Counted from the stretch's first letter, positions 39,509 to 50,387 are shown. The stretch is DNA of 64,000 nt from an uncultured cyanobacterium (GCA_963718615.1 OY970368.1:4800001-4864000), one strand, 5' to 3'. Numbers and translations are program-made. Notes: a model not told the origin generated them from the sequence alone.

Positions 39509-41338
39509 CCCGGATTTCTCACCAGGGCGGATAGAGAGTATCAGGCTTGCCCGAAATGAGATGAGCAGTCTGTTGACTCGAGCAATAGAGGATGCCTGAG
39601 GCATCTTTCAGGCTGTCTATGCTGTAAAGGTAGTCATTGTGCTCTAGATATGGGGCTTCAGGCAGATTTTGAGCAGGTCAAAGCAAGGGTGTGTAATCTC
39701 ACCCTTGGAGAGTCGTTGAATTAAAGTCGGAGCGAAAGGCTAGAGTTCTACTCATCGGTCTATCCTGGCCTAGGGAGTCGTCTGCGCAACTGTTGTGCTG
39801 CCGCTTCAAAGAGGGTTTGTATGGGCGAAGCGAAAGTGAATGCGACGAGAATGCGCCTGACAGAGATGCGAACCTGTGCGCCAAGCTTGAGCAGCTTGCG
39901 TCGAATGGTGCCCAGAGTCGCATCAGCGAGTTCAGTTTTGGCGAGTGCCTTGAGGCGCAGGGCCTGCATCAAGACATAGGCGAAGGATGAAAACCAGAGT
40001 CTGAGCTGATTGCTTTCAAAGTCATGGGTGGAGGTGCGGTCGCTGAAGAGGTCAAGCTGATGCTCCTTGATGCGATTTTCCATCTCTCCTCGCGGACAGT
40101 AATAATCGCGGTGAAGGTGAGCGGGATGGGCCTGCTGTGCTGTCAAAGAGGTGACAACGAAATGGCGACGTGGGCCATTGCCATCGTAGGTGAGCTTGCA
40201 AATGACGCGACGCTCACAGCTCCAGGATTTAAGCGTGGCATAGCTCAAGGACTGATGCCAAACCTGGGGCGGAACCAAGCGGTTGAGTTCAGCCTCTAGT
40301 TCACTTGCACTCTGCTCTAACAGAGGTTCTAAGGTGGCAGCAACCGTTTGGCGCTGGGCCTCATAAACGGCTTTGGCTCGCTGTTCTAACCCCCAAGTCA
40401 ATTGGCGCAAGCGCTCATTGCTGCTGTGGGCAAAAACAAAGTCCACCTGGGCTTCACCTTCACACCACAGCATGATGTCATCTCGGCTGTAAGCACTATC
40501 GCCGCGCACCAGAATCTTCACCTTCGGCCAATGACCTCGAATCTGAGCCACGATGCGTTGGAGTTCTTCTAACGCTCCCGCTGCGGGGTCCACATTGGCC
40601 GGTCGCAGTTTTGCACTCAACAAATGGCGACCACTGAAGATGAGCAACGGGGTGTAGCAGTCATGGCGGTAATACCCATTGAACGCTGAACCTTCCTGGG
40701 TGCCATGGGTGGGGTCATCGGTGACATCCATGTCCAGGATGATTTGTTTCGGTTCACCTTCGAGTTGTTCGATGAATAGCTCCACCAAGAGCGCCTCGAT
40801 GGCAGCCGGGTCCAGGCTCAGTTTCACGTAGCGCGAATCTGACAAGTCGCGGGGGACATGCATCGCTTGCTCCAATCGGTTGAGGGTGCTCTTGCCCGCT
40901 AACGGTGCACAGCGCGGATGCTGGCTTTCTAACTGACCCAGAACTACCCCAAATAATCGCTCATGCCGAAGGTCGTCATGGTCATTCACGTCCTCGTAGC
41001 CTTGCACCAATCCATAAAGCCGTTGCCCGAGCAGCGTTTTCAATTCATGTTGCACCCGGCTGCCATCGCGGTGATCCGTAAAGCACTCGGACAGCCGCTC
41101 ACTGATTCGATATAGCTGGTCGATTTCTCGAATTAGCAGCAGCCCTCCATCACTGCTGAGCTCACCACCGCTAAAGTTCGCTACTATCTTGCGTTGATTC
41201 AGGCGTCCAAACTCGTAGCTTGGCAAGTTACACTCTGTTTGGGTCGGGGCCATCTTTGCAAACCGCTGAATGTCTTGTGGTTATTACATTCTCGCTGGTT
41301 GGTGACCCCGATCCCTCGGCACTGGTGAGATATCCGGG
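39509..41338 (-). mobile_element. IS1380-family element nested in the outer IS
   Basis: IRs CCCGGATTTCTCACCA (39509-39524) and TGGTGAGATATCCGGG (41323-41338), 15/16. Confidence 0.92.
39760..41253 (-). CDS. IS1380-family DDE transposase
   Basis: FSGGELSSDGG, LDMDVTDDPTHG, VRGDSAY, YCPRGEMENRIKE. Confidence 0.95.
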   Translation of the reverse strand: MAPTQTECNLPSYEFGRLNQRKIVANFSGGELSSDGGLLLIREIDQLYRISERLSECFTDHRDGSRVQHELKTLLGQRLYGLVQGYEDVNDHDDLRHERLFGVVLGQLESQHPRCAPLAGKSTLNRLEQAMHVPRDLSDSRYVKLSLDPAAIEALLVELFIEQLEGEPKQIILDMDVTDDPTHGTQEGSAFNGYYRHDCYTPLLIFSGRHLLSAKLRPANVDPAAGALEELQRIVAQIRGHWPKVKILVRGDSAYSRDDIMLWCEGEAQVDFVFAHSSNERLRQLTWGLEQRAKAVYEAQRQTVAATLEPLLEQSASELEAELNRLVPPQVWHQSLSYATLKSWSCERRVICKLTYDGNGPRRHFVVTSLTAQQAHPAHLHRDYYCPRGEMENRIKEHQLDLFSDRTSTHDFESNQLRLWFSSFAYVLMQALRLKALAKTELADATLGTIRRKLLKLGAQVRISVRRILVAFTFASPIQTLFEAAAQQLRRRLPRPG

Positions 41339-41396
41339 TTATTACATTCTCGCTGGTTGGTGACCCCGATCCCTCGGCACTGGTGAGATATCCGGG
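41281..41396. repeat. 58-bp tandem duplication of the IS1380 end
   Basis: 41281-41338 is identical to 41339-41396. Confidence 0.95.
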
Positions 41397-41527
41397 CTCA
41401 ACCAACATCTCCTCGAACGCTTTATTTCTCACTTCGACCTTGACCCGAGTTTGATTAAATCAACACCAGAATGGTTAAACCTATGCCAGTACGGCACTAT
41501 CACCTCTTAAAACTGTCCGGAGTGTTG

Positions 41528-43371
41528 CAATAAGCAGAATCAGTGTATTTTCGTAATCGGCTATTAATTCTAGCCCTGACAAGTCGCCGCATGGCTTTAG
41601 CCCTGTTTGTATATTTTGGATCACAATGAGATACAGTCATATGAGCTAGAGGAAGAACAAGCACAAATGGAGTCCATAGTAGCTTGGCAAAAAAGAACAC
41701 AAAGAATGTACTCAATCTAAGAATTTGATCAATTTCCTCAAGATTCGGCATCCTCAGTGCAATCTTTGAACTGAAGCTAATTTCGTGTAGAATTGGCGTA
41801 TGTTTTCTAATACACCTTGGCACTGGCTTCCTCAATAAGAAACATAGCGGATAAAGCAATAGAGACAGCAACAAGCGAGATCCATCGGCCTTAGACTCTG
41901 TTGAGGCAATAAATGAAAAAGGAATTCCAGTTAGTAGTATACCTGCACTTATTCCGCCCAGAGATATCAGCTCAAACTGCAAAGGTTCAAATTGGCTAAT
42001 CAGCAGCAGTGCAATAGTTCCTGTTGCGACAGCATTAAGGAAAAACAGAGTAGTCCAATAAAACCACTGCTCTCGTTTATCCTGTAGCCAGTACGGCTGA
42101 AGACTTTCCACTGAAAAACTAAACTCGCAATACTTTGTCTGAGATTGAGCTATCCATTGTAGAAAACGTTGAACTTGCTCGATATCAGGCTCCAACTTCA
42201 GACTTTTGAAAGCCCATTGTCTAGCTTTCAGCTCTTTTCTACCTCTATCCGCAAGGCGCATCTCATAACTTAATTGACGCTGAACATATTTCTCTAGTAA
42301 TTCAGTCTTAGCTGGAAGCTTTGTATTTAGATCATAGGCTCTCACCATTAGATTAAGAAATAGAGGTACTCGAAAAAGTTCTAAGCTGTCTTTTTCATCT
42401 TTGTTATTGTATGGGGCTGTAGTTGTTTTAACTAATCGCTTTATTGTCGCTAATAATTGATTGAGTTCGTACGAGTTTCGCTCACCAAACTTCGTCAAAT
42501 AATCATAAATTTGTATATCGCTTAGTGCTTTTAGATGGACTGCACCCCGTAGAGTTGAAAGAACTATTCCCGCCTGTCGAAACTCCTTCATCCGGCAACA
42601 AACTACCAAATGTGAATAGTGCCTCGCAAACTCATTGATTTTGTCTGTACATTTCTTCTGTCGCATCAACTCCAGTTCATCCAAACCATCCAGTAACGGC
42701 AACAACACCTGATGATCTAGCCAGGACTCATAAATCTTGTGCATTCGGCTTCCGCCAAAATTTTCGTACAGCTGTTCTAGCAACCAATCATGAATGCTTT
42801 GATTATTATCCCGCCAAGTAGAAAGCTCAAAAATGATTGGGATGACGGTTTTGGGATTGGCGATCGCCTCCCCCACCAACTGCTCTGCCAGCGTCAATAG
42901 CGTTGTCGTCTTCCCTGCCCCCGGCGTTCCCAAAATCAGCAGCTTGCCCTGGATATCCTCACGTGCATAGATTTGGATAATTGGTTGACGGGGATCGATC
43001 GTTTCCTCCTTTGCTGTTTCTGAAGTAAGGGTTTTCGTTGCCTCAAGAGCCCTAAACTGTGATCGTAACCGTCCCACCAACTCCGGCTCCTCCGACAAAT
43101 CCACCTCCGACAGCAATCCACCGTAAAGCGTATCCCGCAGCCGCTTCTTGATTTCTGGTTGCTGCTCTAGACGCAGGATACGATCGGCCCGATCCCAATC
43201 AATTCCAGGTTGTTCCGATCGCCTTCCAAATAAGGAAAAATATTGCTGGCGAATAATTTGAGCATGGGGAGAATTTTGTAGGGCGATCGCATCCCCACCC
43301 GCCTGCACCTGCTGCACCGAGCTGCCGTCAATTTGGGAATTTTGAATGTCCTGATTTTGGGAATCCGCCAT
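41528..43371 (-). pseudogene. NACHT NTPase with N-terminal Q/N-rich motif and C-terminal TM region, interrupted by IS
   Basis: Walker A LLILGTPGAGKTT, Walker B LLPLLDGLDEL, VVCCR, PLFL, LQPYWL; reading frame runs into the IS end. Confidence 0.92.
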
Positions 43372-43374
43372 GGT

Positions 43375-43839
43375 CTAGAACCCCAACAACGCCGCCGCCG
43401 GACCCAACCAGGGCGAAATCATTTCAAACACCTTAACCCCTTTTTCCCAGAGATTCTTACCCGTATCCGTCGCCTTGTCCACCCCCTCCAGCGCATCGCC
43501 CACCCGCTTGAGGTTCTTCGCCACCAAATCCTTATCCGGCTCTTCTTCTTGAACCTCCTGCTTCGCCGACTGCATATAGTTCAGCGCCTTCTGCTCCTGG
43601 GCAGCTGGCAACTGCGCTGCTTTAATCGCGCCCTCCAACTCCACCAGCAACCGCACCACCTCCGCCCCCGTCAACCCTTCCTGAGCTGCCGCCAGATTTC
43701 CCGACTGGCTGGCTGTGGCATTTTGCCCCGCCTGGACCATTTGCACCTGGGCATTGTTGATCGAGGTACCGCTGATCGCTTGGGATTGGGTCGGCTGAGC
43801 AGTCTGAACCGAATCGGGCTGGGATTTTTTCCAAAACAT
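43375..43839 (-). CDS. Small protein: N-terminal Q/S/N-rich motif plus helical domain; probable NACHT partner
   Basis: ATG 43839 (MFWKKSQ..) preferred; stop is 3 bp from the NACHT start; motif shared with the NACHT N-terminus. Confidence 0.8.
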   Translation of the reverse strand: MFWKKSQPDSVQTAQPTQSQAISGTSINNAQVQMVQAGQNATASQSGNLAAAQEGLTGAEVVRLLVELEGAIKAAQLPAAQEQKALNYMQSAKQEVQEEEPDKDLVAKNLKRVGDALEGVDKATDTGKNLWEKGVKVFEMISPWLGPAAALLGF

Positions 43840-43938
43840 GGGCGATCGCCTCAATCTGCGTAAAACACTGGTCCCCATTGTACAAATCCCCATTGTACAA
43901 ACGAGTCCAGGAATGAACAGAAATTCGCAGCCCCCCTT

Positions 43939-44532
43939 CTACCGGCCCGCCCGCAATAAGACCTCCGCCGTTAATTTTAGATTCGGGAATGTTGGAGAGG
44001 CGATCGCCGCATCTCCCTGAAACGTCACAAAGACATAGCCCTCATTCGTCAAACTGCCCACCCTCACCCAAGCGAGGGATGGATCAATCTGCCACATTTC
44101 CGGGATTCCCCTGGATGCATATTCCTGAGGTTTACGCCCATAGTCCCGCTGGTAATTGTCTGAGTCTTCATTGCCGGGGGACACCACCTCAATCACCAGC
44201 CAAGGATTCGGCTCACCCAACCTCAAACAAACCTCGGCACGACCTTCGATCGCCAGGGCTGATTCCTCAGAATGAACAATCAAATCTGGATCCCGAACGG
44301 TCGCATAGACACTATCCACCTGAAGATGCTGCTTCATGCCCAATCGATAGAAAGGAAGCCCCATCTGTTGCAGAAAATGTGCATACAAAAAGCCTGCAAT
44401 CCAGTTATTGAGGGTACTTTCCGCTCCCATCGCAACTAGTACCCCATCCTCAAGCTCATAGCGGATATCCGTACCATCGTCATAGTTCAGATACTCCTCC
44501 AGAGACATTCGTTTTTGGGTGGCGACGGTCAT
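43939..44532 (-). CDS. Uma2 (DUF820) family endonuclease
   Basis: LEEYL..RYELEDG, RDPDL, VIEVVSPG, GIPEMWQIDP, SPTFPNL. Confidence 0.93.
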   Translation of the reverse strand: MTVATQKRMSLEEYLNYDDGTDIRYELEDGVLVAMGAESTLNNWIAGFLYAHFLQQMGLPFYRLGMKQHLQVDSVYATVRDPDLIVHSEESALAIEGRAEVCLRLGEPNPWLVIEVVSPGNEDSDNYQRDYGRKPQEYASRGIPEMWQIDPSLAWVRVGSLTNEGYVFVTFQGDAAIASPTFPNLKLTAEVLLRAGR

Positions 44533-44646
44533 GGGCTGCTCCCGCTTAATTCACCAAACTAGTTCCATTGTAAGGCCAGTCTCCTAACCCCTTTTGCCCA
44601 AGGGAGCGGTAAACTGTAAGACGCGATCGCAGCAGTGGGATAATTT

Positions 44647-46845
44647 ATGGCTGTTTTTCTCCTTGAAGTCGGTACCGAAGAACTACCGGCATCCTTCGTC
44701 ACGGATGCCCTCGCCCAGTGGCGACAGCTCGTGCCCGCCAGTTTGGCCGAGGAATTTCTAGAGCCCAAATCCGTCGCCGTCTATGGAACGCCACGCCGTT
44801 TGGCCGTGGTGATTGAGGGGTTGCCCACACAGCAGCGCGATCGCGAAGAAGACATCAAAGGCCCCCCCGCCAGCGCCGCCTTCAAGGATGGCAAACCCAC
44901 CAAAGCCGCCGAAGGCTTCGCCCGCAAGCAAGGGGTTGAGCTCGCAGCGCTGGAAGTGCGCCCCACAGATAGAGGGGATTTTGTATTTGTCCAGAAAAAA
45001 ACTGCTGGACGACCCACAGCGGCAATTTTGACAGAGCTGATTCCCCGGTGGATCGGTGGGCTGGAAGGTAAACGCTTGATGCGCTGGGGCGATGGGGAAC
45101 TGCGGTTCTCGCGTCCGATTCGCTGGCTCGTGGCCCTGTTGGATGAGCAGTTGCTGGATTTGACGCTGGAGAATGGCTCAGCTCATTGCAATCAGTCGGT
45201 GAAGAGCGATCGCCAATCCCGAGGCCACCGGGTTCTCCACGACCAACCGGTCCTGCTCGACCATGCCAAAGACTACGTCGCTGCCCTCAAATCCGCCTTT
45301 GTCATGGTGGACCCCGCCGAGCGCGAAGCGGTGATTCGCCAGCAAACCCTAGCCGCCGCCAAAAAACAGGGCGGTGTGGCGGAAATGCCAGATGAGCTGA
45401 TGGCAGAGGTGGTCAATTTAGTGGAATGGCCCACGGCAGTCGTGGGTACCTTTGAAGACGAATTTCTCAACCTGCCCCCGGAGGTGATCACCACAGTGAT
45501 GATCAGCCACCAACGTTACTTTCCCCTACGCCACAAGGGTGCCCAGGACGACCGGGCCGCGACGGCGGCGACGAAGACCTTACTCCCCCATTTTGTGACG
45601 ATTTCCAATGGCGATCCGGCCAAGTCCGAGATTATTGCCGAGGGCAATGGTCGGGTCGTGCGCGCCAGGTTGGCCGATGGCGAGTACTTTTACAAAGCCG
45701 ATGCAGCCCAGTCTTTAGAAGCGTTTTTACCCAAATTGGAAACCGTGACGTTCCAGGCTTCTTTGGGATCGATGACGGCCAAGGCAGAACGGATTGAGGC
45801 GATCGCCGAACTGTTAGCAGACCAACTGGGTTTGATTGGCGACAACCGCCAGCAGATCCTCCGCGCCGCCAAACTCTGCAAAGCCGACCTCGTTAGCCAA
45901 ATGGTTTTTGAGTTTCCCGAGCTTCAGGGCATCATGGGCCAAAAGTACGCCCTTGTTAGCGGCGAATCCCCCGAAGTTGCCGCAGCAATGTATGAGCATT
46001 ATTTACCGCGCGGGGCCGGAGATGAGCTGCCCCAGAGTTTGATGGGGCAGGTGGTGGCGATCGCCGATCGCCTCGATACCCTCGTCAGTATTTTTGGTCT
46101 GGGCATGATTCCCTCCAGTTCCTCCGATCCCTTTGCCCTACGGCGGGCAGCCAATGCCATTGTTAATATTGTTTGGCATTCAGGACTGGCGCTCAACCTA
46201 GACCAGTTGCTTAGCCAAGCGGTGGATAAATTTGCTGGACGGTTCCCAGATTTGGTCGCGGATCCAGCGGGATTGCTCGGGCAACTGCGGGAATTTTTTC
46301 TGGGACGGGTGCGATCGCTCCTCCAGGAAGAACAGCAAATGGACTATGACCTGGTTAACGCCGTTCTGGGTGAAGGCGATGCGGAGTACACTGCACGGGC
46401 GTTGCAGGATCTGCTGGATGTGGGCGATCGCGCCCGGTTTCTGCAAGCCATTCGCCAGGATGGACGACTGGAGCAAATCTATGAATCGATTAACCGCTCT
46501 AGCCGTCTTGCCGCCAAGGGTGAGTTGGACTTTGCCGCGCTGGACGCCCAAGAAGTTGTAGATCCCAAGCTATTCCAACAGCCTACGGAGCAAGCTTTCT
46601 ACGAGGGTCTCGTGGCACTCTTGCCTAAAACCCAAGCCGCACAATCTTCACGGGACTATAACCAAGTCGTGGCCGCCCTCGCGGAAATTGCTCCAGCGGT
46701 GGCAGAGTTTTTTGATGGGGAGCAAAGCGTATTGGTGATGGATCCGGATCCGGCGGTTCAGGCTAATCGCTTAAATTTGCTCGGCATTTTGCGCAATCAT
46801 GGACGGGTTTTGGCGGATTTTGGGGCGATCGTGAAGGGCCAATAA
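44647..46845 (+). CDS. glyS: Glycine-tRNA ligase beta subunit
   Basis: [35 protein letters not shown]. Confidence 0.98.
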   Translation: MAVFLLEVGTEELPASFVTDALAQWRQLVPASLAEEFLEPKSVAVYGTPRRLAVVIEGLPTQQRDREEDIKGPPASAAFKDGKPTKAAEGFARKQGVELAALEVRPTDRGDFVFVQKKTAGRPTAAILTELIPRWIGGLEGKRLMRWGDGELRFSRPIRWLVALLDEQLLDLTLENGSAHCNQSVKSDRQSRGHRVLHDQPVLLDHAKDYVAALKSAFVMVDPAEREAVIRQQTLAAAKKQGGVAEMPDELMAEVVNLVEWPTAVVGTFEDEFLNLPPEVITTVMISHQRYFPLRHKGAQDDRAATAATKTLLPHFVTISNGDPAKSEIIAEGNGRVVRARLADGEYFYKADAAQSLEAFLPKLETVTFQASLGSMTAKAERIEAIAELLADQLGLIGDNRQQILRAAKLCKADLVSQMVFEFPELQGIMGQKYALVSGESPEVAAAMYEHYLPRGAGDELPQSLMGQVVAIADRLDTLVSIFGLGMIPSSSSDPFALRRAANAIVNIVWHSGLALNLDQLLSQAVDKFAGRFPDLVADPAGLLGQLREFFLGRVRSLLQEEQQMDYDLVNAVLGEGDAEYTARALQDLLDVGDRARFLQAIRQDGRLEQIYESINRSSRLAAKGELDFAALDAQEVVDPKLFQQPTEQAFYEGLVALLPKTQAAQSSRDYNQVVAALAEIAPAVAEFFDGEQSVLVMDPDPAVQANRLNLLGILRNHGRVLADFGAIVKGQ

Positions 46846-46885
46846 CACTTCAAAATGATGGAATGATGGGAATAAAAGTGGGGAT

Positions 46886-46916
46886 AAAAAAGGGGATGCA
46901 GATCAACCACATCCCC
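46886..46916 (-). terminator. Terminator of the cpc operon
   Basis: GGGGATG/CATCCCC stem with A6 on plus (T6 on minus). Confidence 0.7.
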
Positions 46917-46956
46917 AGCAATCGCTTTGCTCATTAAAGCAAGTCAGACTCTGGAT

Positions 46957-47826
46957 TTAGAGCGGAACAATACTCGCAATTTGTCCCCCTTGGCGACGCA
47001 CTCTTTGCAGATAGGGCGTCAGCTCTTCATAGGGAATCACAACGGCTTTGTTCACCCGACGAACCTTAGGATAGCGAGGTCCACTTGCCCCTGCAACTTC
47101 TACTCGATAGAAACGGCTAGAGGAAAACGCCTTGGAACCTCCAAAAGTACTGACTGGCGTATTGCCCTTCGCCGCAGGCAGGAAGGCAAAGCCACCGGCA
47201 CCACCAGAAGGCGGCAAGACCACAGAAGCCGAATTACGCGCTAAATCGTTGACCAGTCGAGGTGCATTCCCCGTTAACTGGGCGCGATCGCTATTCGCAG
47301 GACCCCGATAAAGCTGGAGCAAGCGAGGAAGTCCCACAGCTCTCTGACCAACACCCGTTGTGACCAAATCCCGGTAATAGGGAACAATATTTTCGCCAAA
47401 GCTGGTTTGATACTCAGAGGAGTCAATATAGGAGTCAATATCCGCATCAAATCCCTGGGATTGATACAGATTCAGGTGTTCGCTGATTTCTGACTGAGCA
47501 TAGGGAGCCCGTCCGAGCAAATGCTTGAAATTTAGCTCGATGGTCCGGCTCTGGAAACTGTTGTAGAAGAACTGTTGCTTGTACAGATCCGACTTCGCCA
47601 ATTGGCGCACAAATTCTTGAACGGTGATTTTGCGATCGCGCAATAAAGACTCCGCAATCACCAATCGCTCAGAGGTCAAAAGATGAGGATTCCCCAAAAC
47701 CTGCTGATACGCCGCGAGAATAACCGATTCAACTTCTGCTTGAGTTGCATTGGGACGTAGCTCCACCGGAGCAGCATTGCTAAATGCCGACGTTCCGAGG
47801 CGAGCTGCTGCTGTTGTAATAGCCAC
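46957..47826 (-). CDS. cpcC: Phycocyanin rod linker (CpcC/CpcI type)
   Basis: [32 protein letters not shown]-terminal CpcD-like domain. Confidence 0.9.
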   Translation of the reverse strand: MAITTAAARLGTSAFSNAAPVELRPNATQAEVESVILAAYQQVLGNPHLLTSERLVIAESLLRDRKITVQEFVRQLAKSDLYKQQFFYNSFQSRTIELNFKHLLGRAPYAQSEISEHLNLYQSQGFDADIDSYIDSSEYQTSFGENIVPYYRDLVTTGVGQRAVGLPRLLQLYRGPANSDRAQLTGNAPRLVNDLARNSASVVLPPSGGAGGFAFLPAAKGNTPVSTFGGSKAFSSSRFYRVEVAGASGPRYPKVRRVNKAVVIPYEELTPYLQRVRRQGGQIASIVPL

Positions 47827-47895
47827 CTAAATTTCTCCTTCAGTACAAGGTAATGGACCAAGAGGGGGTATGTATCACAAGTTATTTTCATCACA

Positions 47896-47940
47896 CAAGT
47901 TGTGCGTGACAAGTTGTACATGACAAGTGGTACATGACAA
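47896..47940. repeat. Imperfect 14-bp tandem repeat ACAAGTTGTACATG x3
   Basis: Read directly between the linker genes; followed by a CCCCTCTCCC/GGGAGAAGGG hairpin. Confidence 0.75.
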
Positions 47941-48001
47941 CAGGATAACCTCCCTCCTCCCTAGCCCCTCTCCCTGAGGGAGAAGGGAGCCAGAGCCAAG
48001 G

Positions 48002-48817
48002 CTAAACGGGGGTAACGCTAACGACCTTCCGACCCGCCCGGCTTAACTGTTGGAGCTTGGGCGTCAATTGGTCATAGGACACCAGCAGGTCAACCGCACT
48101 CCGCCGCACAACGGCTGAATTGGGAGCAGCGGCTTGGAGAACCCGTAGCCGATACACACTACCCCGAGAGCCCCCTAAGGCACCGGAGAGCGCACTGGAA
48201 GAAGCAGAAGAAATGGGAGTAGACGAATTGCGAGCCACTTCCCAGGTTAAGCGAGGCTTGGTTTGACACTGGGCGCGATCGCTACTGGCATAACCACTAT
48301 AAAGATGCATCAACCGGCTAAAGCCAATCGCCCGCTGTCCGGGATGATCCACTTGAAAATCGCGATGATAGGGAACAATATTGTCCCCAAAACTGCTGTC
48401 ATACTCCGGAGAGTTGAGATAGGAATCAATTTCCGCTTCGTATCCCTGGGAAAGGAATAGATCCAAATGATAGGAAATCTCAGCTTGATCGTAGGGGGCT
48501 CGTCCCAACAGATGCTTATAATTCAGCTCAATAAAGCGCATGTGGAAGTTGGGATACAAAAACTTCTTGCGATAGAGCTCTGAGGTGGCGATCGCCCGCA
48601 CAAAATCCCGTACCGAAAGCACGCCGCGCATCAGCAGCGACTCAGGACCCACTAAACGCTCGCTATTCATCAGATGCTCATTGCCCAGCACCTGCCGATA
48701 GGCCGCCGAAATCACCGACTGCATCTCATCGGGTGTCCAGTTAGCACGCAATTCAACGGGTTCCGTTTCTCCAAAGGGTTGAATCCCTAATCGTCCTGCC
48801 TCTTGTAATCCAGCCAT
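48002..48817 (-). CDS. Phycocyanin rod linker (CpcH/CpcC2 type)
   Basis: ATG 48817; [29 protein letters not shown]. Confidence 0.9.
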   Translation of the reverse strand: MAGLQEAGRLGIQPFGETEPVELRANWTPDEMQSVISAAYRQVLGNEHLMNSERLVGPESLLMRGVLSVRDFVRAIATSELYRKKFLYPNFHMRFIELNYKHLLGRAPYDQAEISYHLDLFLSQGYEAEIDSYLNSPEYDSSFGDNIVPYHRDFQVDHPGQRAIGFSRLMHLYSGYASSDRAQCQTKPRLTWEVARNSSTPISSASSSALSGALGGSRGSVYRLRVLQAAAPNSAVVRRSAVDLLVSYDQLTPKLQQLSRAGRKVVSVTPV

Positions 48818-48961
48818 GTTGGTTTCCCCCACGCAAGGAATTAGTAAACCGATTTTTTCAAAAATTTTTAACTTTAACGCTTGATCGAAAACTGCCCGGA
48901 ATGATCGCAACAACACTATCACCTGGATAGCACTGCCGATCTTTCCGGGCAAACATCAGAC

Positions 48962-49447
48962 TTAGAGAGAGTTGATGATGTAGTCGATGTAGGAGTTGGC
49001 TTCCAGTGCAGGGTCACCGCTTAAACCGTGGTTAGCCTTGATATACTTGAGGGCTTCAGCATACCAGCTGGGAACCAATTCAAAGCTGCTGTGCATTTCA
49101 GCCAGACCAGCCAACAGGAATTCATCAGCAGGGCCAGTGCCGCCAGCAATCAGACAGTACTGAATGATGCGGACGTAGTAGCCGATGTCGCGCAGGCACT
49201 TAGCCTTACCGCGAGCGCTGGAGGCATAGTTGTTGCCCTGCATCGAGGTGGTGTAGGGGAAAGCTTGATAAACTGCATTAGCAGCGCCTTCAGCTAGCTG
49301 GTCTGCCTTGGCACCTAGGGCCTTAGCAGCTTCTAGGTCAGCATTGGCCAAGCGTAGGCGACCAAAAGCAACCTGAAGTTCAACGTTACCGAGGTAACGG
49401 CCTTGGGAATCAGCAGCTGCAACCGCTTCTGTTAATTGGGTTTTCAT
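48962..49447 (-). CDS. cpcA: Phycocyanin alpha subunit
   Basis: [34 protein letters not shown]. Confidence 0.95.
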   Translation of the reverse strand: MKTQLTEAVAAADSQGRYLGNVELQVAFGRLRLANADLEAAKALGAKADQLAEGAANAVYQAFPYTTSMQGNNYASSARGKAKCLRDIGYYVRIIQYCLIAGGTGPADEFLLAGLAEMHSSFELVPSWYAEALKYIKANHGLSGDPALEANSYIDYIINSL

Positions 49448-49520
49448 TGGAATGATATCTCCCTCGTATTTTAGAAAGTTTTAAGTGGATCGAAGCCTTG
49501 AAACGTGAGCTTACAGATAA

Positions 49521-50039
49521 TTAGCTGACAGCTGCAGCTGCGCGGTCAAAGTAGCCACCCAATTCAGCCATGAGCGCGCTACAGTCGCCGGGGGTTACAC
49601 CGTTGCGATCGTTAGCAAGCGCGATCGCAGCTTCTTTCATTTTGAGCACGCTATTGGCCATGGAAGAGGTCGGAACACCCAATGCCAAATAGGTTTCACG
49701 CAGACCATTCAAGCAGCGGTCATCCAGCACGCTGGAATCGCCTAGGAACACTGCATAGGTCACGTAGCGCAGGATGATGTCCATGTCGCGCATACAGGCC
49801 GAGATCCGGCGGTTGGTATAAGCATTTCCACCAGGAGCAATGAGTTGAGGCTGCTCTTCAAATAACGCGCGAGCTGCATTGGTGACGATCGTCGATGCAG
49901 AGCCGGTAATGCGGTTTACAACATCGGTGCGCTTTGCACCATCACGAACCATGGCAGCCAGAGCGTCAATCTGAGCACCGCTCACCAATTGACCGCTATT
50001 ATCAGCCTGAGAAACAACCTTGGTAAAGGCATCTAACAT
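49521..50039 (-). CDS. cpcB: Phycocyanin beta subunit
   Basis: [30 protein letters not shown]; 172 aa. Confidence 0.96.
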   Translation of the reverse strand: MLDAFTKVVSQADNSGQLVSGAQIDALAAMVRDGAKRTDVVNRITGSASTIVTNAARALFEEQPQLIAPGGNAYTNRRISACMRDMDIILRYVTYAVFLGDSSVLDDRCLNGLRETYLALGVPTSSMANSVLKMKEAAIALANDRNGVTPGDCSALMAELGGYFDRAAAAVS

Positions 50040-50369
50040 GGATCAAACTCCTTTAATTTTCTCGGTTGGATAAACTTCAATTTCAAAAACTGAGGTAATT
50101 CAGTTTAGGTTTTAAGGTTGACCGCAAAAGCAGTCTTAGAAAATCGTTACACAAATAATCTGATGAATCAGCCAACAGCCTAATACTCCATCCATTTCAA
50201 AGCAGACAGTCTGCAAGAAATACCAGACTCTTAAAAGAATCTGGTGAGATTAGGTATTGATTTGTCAACGATAGAATAGGAGCACGCCTTAGGAAACTGA
50301 GCCTCAAACCCGGTGGAGTCTAGGGTTTAGCCCCTTGAGCTGTCCTTGCTGTCATTAGAGCAAGTTTTT

Positions 50370-50387
50370 TGTGCAAAATTCATGCAA
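50370..50387 (-). promoter_or_regulatory. L-box-like direct repeat (RcaC site) upstream of cpcB
   Basis: Minus strand TTGCATG-AATT-TTGCACA; 12/14 match to TTGCACA-N4-TTGCACA. Confidence 0.65.

Larger units (their letters stand above)
39401..41527 (+). mobile_element. Outer insertion sequence (family not assigned), internally deleted, with 6-bp target duplication
   Basis: IRs CAATACTCCGGACAGTTTT (39401-39419) and AAAACTGTCCGGAGTGTTG (41509-41527), 18/19; CAATAA at 39395-39400 and 41528-41533; probable transposase stubs MDSLKEIL (39484) and LNQHLLERF..YGTITS* (41397-41510). Confidence 0.9.

Noticed and set aside
48962-50039. Phycoerythrocyanin, phycoerythrin or sulphur-sparing cpc3
   Set aside because: Sequences are phycocyanin-like, lack the beta Cys50/61 pair, and retain several Met residues
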